Origin: Tubiluchus corallicola
Lineage: Eukaryota > Animalia > Priapulida
Assembly (NCBI GenBank): GCA_030141605.1
Contig: JAQGDQ010001433.1
Location: 1 to 41,388, forward strand
Length of the DNA stretch: 41,388 nucleotides
Direction: 5' to 3'
Shown here: positions 38,440 to 41,388 of the stretch, one piece after another
Layout: the number at the start of each line of letters is the position of its first letter
How positions within the stretch are numbered: position 1 is the stretch's first letter
Notes under the pieces: generated by a model
Database searches by the model: none
The model's input: the letters and a program-made list of their open reading frames with translations, nothing else
What the model was told of the DNA's origin: nothing
Translations under genes and position numbers: made by a program

Positions 38440-38837
38440 ATGATGAATTAAAAACTGTTCAGCCAATTCAAAAATTTAAAAAGAAATACAGAGCAATGAT
38501 TCTCAGCAAGTACAACACTTCCTAATTTCCTGGTACAGATTATGCAAAACAAGGCATCATTGATAAATCTTTAGAGCTGATGTCAGCATAGCGCAATCTA
38601 TTATCTTTCTTCCTACCATTTCCACTAACACATCCTTCTACCCTTCCTGTGTGATCTAACCTTTCTCCCAGTTCTTTTTTTTGTTCACTCATCCATTCTT
38701 TTTTTATTGGGTTCACATGACAGTGGGCTTATACAAGCCTTTGCTTCTCTAGCCCACTGCAGTACAATTATTCTTTTATGATAACAATAGTGTATGAAAC
38801 ATAACAATTTGATACAGTAGATGTAATAATTTTGATT
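38440..38837 (+). mobile_element. L2/Crack-type LINE ORF2 end plus 3' UTR
   Basis: DELKTVQPIQKFKKKYRAMILSKYNTS* followed by the stem-loop UTR; inverted copy at 31990-32346. Confidence 0.75.
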
Positions 38838-39077
38838 TTGACGATTTTATAGCTTGAAAGCAGCTTGATCTAATTCGCCAATTTTAATATCTTTCATCAA
38901 AATGCGTCTGTTTGTTCACTTTGAAAATAGAATTATAAGTTGCGTATACTAAATATACGAACTCAACAACAAGTTTGATCGGAATTATGGTAAGAATTTC
39001 TCACTATTTTTGTGACAATGGAATTAAAAATGTCTTCGTGGCGTGGAAAACACAAAGGCTACACAGTTTACACAGTG

Positions 39078-39362
39078 AAGCGGATTAGGATTAGGGTTAG
39101 GGTTAGGGTTAGGGTTAGGGCTAGGGCTAGGGCTAGGGCTAGGGTTAGAATATTTAAAATGTGTGGAGAATTGTAAACTCCTTCCAACGCATAATAATTT
39201 AAACCTTGTTCAGTTTTTGGAAAAACATTCTTGAAAGAATAAAGTGTAAATGCCAAAAAAACGTATAAGCTCATGTCCTGTGACAGTTAAACGTGATAGG
39301 GTAGGATGTATGTGTGCGTCTTGAAACGATACAATCTTCCCCACAAGAATTTCTCAGTAAAA
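39078..39362. mobile_element. Telomere-repeat-bearing element, (TTAGGG/CTAGGG)n copy
   Basis: Homologous to 36139-36476 and, inverted, to the flanks of 5120-6037. Confidence 0.7.
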
Positions 39363-39415
39363 CTCTACAAAAGATCCTCCATCTGATATTTTATTGGGTC
39401 ATTGTCTTTCGTTAG

Positions 39416-39526
39416 TTTAAAGAAACAGATAAACTTCAAGCTGGCGCTTGGTGACCAGAGCATTTCTAAAACAACAAATCTACTTGATTTGTTGAAAATT
39501 GCGAAAAACGATGACTCATGGGAAAA
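39416..39526 (+). CDS. Candidate internal exon LKKQINFKLALGDQSISKTTNLLDLLKIAKNDDSWE
   Basis: Acceptor ttgtctttcgttAG, donor GTAAGT; 111 nt, open, phase 2-2; compatible with the donor at 29899; protein not recognised. Confidence 0.45.
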
Positions 39527-39766
39527 GTAAGTAAGTAAAGAAATAAATTTTGTTTAATAAACTGTCCTTACATCGTAATTATTGATTTTATTAACGAACT
39601 GTGTATTTAGGTAAATGTTAACATCTTGCGTTACTTCTGAATCCCAAGATTAATTGATTGTGTCGTTTGAGCTGCTGTGATATTAGTTTTTTTAATTAAA
39701 TTTTTAATCTTTAAACTGACTGTAGTTGAGGAATTATCATTTCGGAGTGGCAAGATTTTCACGCTC

Positions 39767-40417
39767 AAAACACTTTTGTGTATATACTTTGCAGTTTGCA
39801 CATATATGTTTGTATGTATACGTATGTTTGTAGATATTTTGTAAAGATGTTTTTATAATAAAACACTTTTGTGTATATACTTTGCAGTTTGCACATATAT
39901 GTTTGTATGTATACGTATGTTTGTAGATATTTTGTAAAGATGTTTTTATAATAAAACACTTTTGTGTATATACTTTGCAGTTTGCACATATATGTTTGTA
40001 TGTATACGTATGTTTGTAGATATTTTGTAAAGATGTTTTTATAATAAAACACTTTTGTGTATATACTTTGCAGTTTGCACATATATGTTTGTATGTATAC
40101 GTATGTTTGTAGATATTTTGTAAAGATGTTTTTATAATAAAACACTTTTGTGTATATACTTTGCAGTTTGCACATATATGTTTGTATGTATACGTATGTT
40201 TGTAGATATTTTGTAAAGATGTTTTTATAATAAAACACTTTTGTGTATATACTTTGCAGTTTGCACATATATGTTTGTATGTATACGTATGTTTGTAGAT
40301 ATTTTGTAAAGATGTTTTTATAATAAAACACTTTTGTGTATATACTTTGCAGTTTGCACATATATATTTGTATGTATACGTATGTTTGTAGATATTTTGT
40401 AAAGATGGTTTTATAAT
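39767..40417. repeat. 93-bp tandem repeat, 7 near-identical copies
   Basis: Unit begins AAAACACTTTTGTGTATATACTTTGCAG; explains the 31-aa periodic ORF. Confidence 0.97.
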
Positions 40418-40950
40418 ATAAGTATAATATTATTTATATTTTTATATATACTGTGCGCAATATCTGTACGTGCAAGTCAGGTATGTTTCTTATGCCTAAA
40501 GGTTCATTTGTTTAAATAAACAATTTCAAAGCTTTTAATACTGACATTTTTGTCTGCAAACGCAGGCACAACCCATGTAATCAATTAATTTAAATAATTA
40601 AATATTTTTGTCCTAGAAATATTCTGTTGATAGGTCGCCAAACATCCGCATGAGAATTTTCTATTTCTTTTGACATTCAGAAGACAATAAGTCAATAAAA
40701 GGTTAAATAATTTAATGGATGGATCTTGTTGAGAGTTTTGCGTAGGATTTTGTTGAGAAGTTGCAAGAACAATTGCCATCATGAATTGAAATGAAATTGC
40801 GCATTTTGACAATTTCAGTTTATCTTTAGCTTTTTCAATAGACCTTCGTAAATCTTTTTATGTTGAGTTTATATGTAAAATAATTACGTCACCTGCAGTA
40901 AAAGTAAGATTTAAACAAATTATTATGCAATTTACTGTAATTGTGACACC

Positions 40951-41388
40951 AACCTAGCCAGGGGGGGGGGGGCAAGCCAGCCCAACTCAGTGCCGCTCCC
41001 AAGCCCGGATAAATAGGGAGGGTTAGGGTCAGGAAGGGCATCCGCCTGTAAAAACTGCGCCAAACCCTTCTATGAATGAGTCGGTGAGACTTAAAGGTAA
41101 AGCCCACAAAGAAGTGGTCAGACCCGCTCTAATCTATGGGTTAGAAGCAGCTTCTCTAAAGAAGACAGAAGAGAAGAAAATGGGTGTGGTGGAGATGAGG
41201 ATGTTGAGATGGATGGTGGGAATAACAAGAAGAGATAAAATTAGAAATAATAATATCAGAGGAACAGTAAAAGTAGTGGAAGCCTCGCAAGATTGCGATG
41301 GTATGGACACCTGAAAAGAAGAGTCGGTGAAGATCATGTGGGAAGGGAAGACATAAATGAAGAGATGGTCAACAACAGGAATGCGTGG
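40951..41388 (+). mobile_element. Second copy of the bipartite non-autonomous RTE, running off the window
   Basis: Same 5' UTR/ORF junction and same frameshift (...EASQDCDGMDT) as 37332-37902; extra ~90-bp deletion near 41355. Confidence 0.92.

Noticed and set aside
39765-40361. 198-aa repeat protein
   Set aside because: Stop-free frame of a 93-bp AT-rich tandem repeat; no gene signals

Overview
AT-rich, repeat-dense genomic DNA from a metazoan, most likely an invertebrate with TTAGGG-type telomere repeats. It is not prokaryotic: there are no operons and no CRISPR array. Almost every ORF in the supplied track is a microsatellite, satellite or transposon artefact. Host-gene signals are limited to a probable terminal exon encoding an acidic C-terminus (969-1058, +) and a candidate + strand gene start: a CCAAT/AP-1/TATA promoter, a first exon ending at 29898, and a phase-compatible 111-nt exon at 39416-39526. 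The rest is mobile DNA and tandem repeats: a 5S rRNA-headed SINE-like element with an RTE-like body, tRNA-headed SINEs, two copies of an internally deleted RTE element (one with an 18-bp TSD), an RTE 3' end with a C2H2 finger, several L2/Crack-type 3' ends, hAT MITEs with 8-bp TSDs (one next to its empty site), a head-to-tail Helitron pair, a TIR MITE family, a 1.08-kb foldback, an element carrying telomere-like repeats, and satellites of 15, 39, 47, 93, ~129 and 137 bp. I see no clear new multi-gene system. The best leads are new or chimeric non-autonomous element families and satellites born from transposon parts. All family assignments come from recalled consensus motifs, not database searches.
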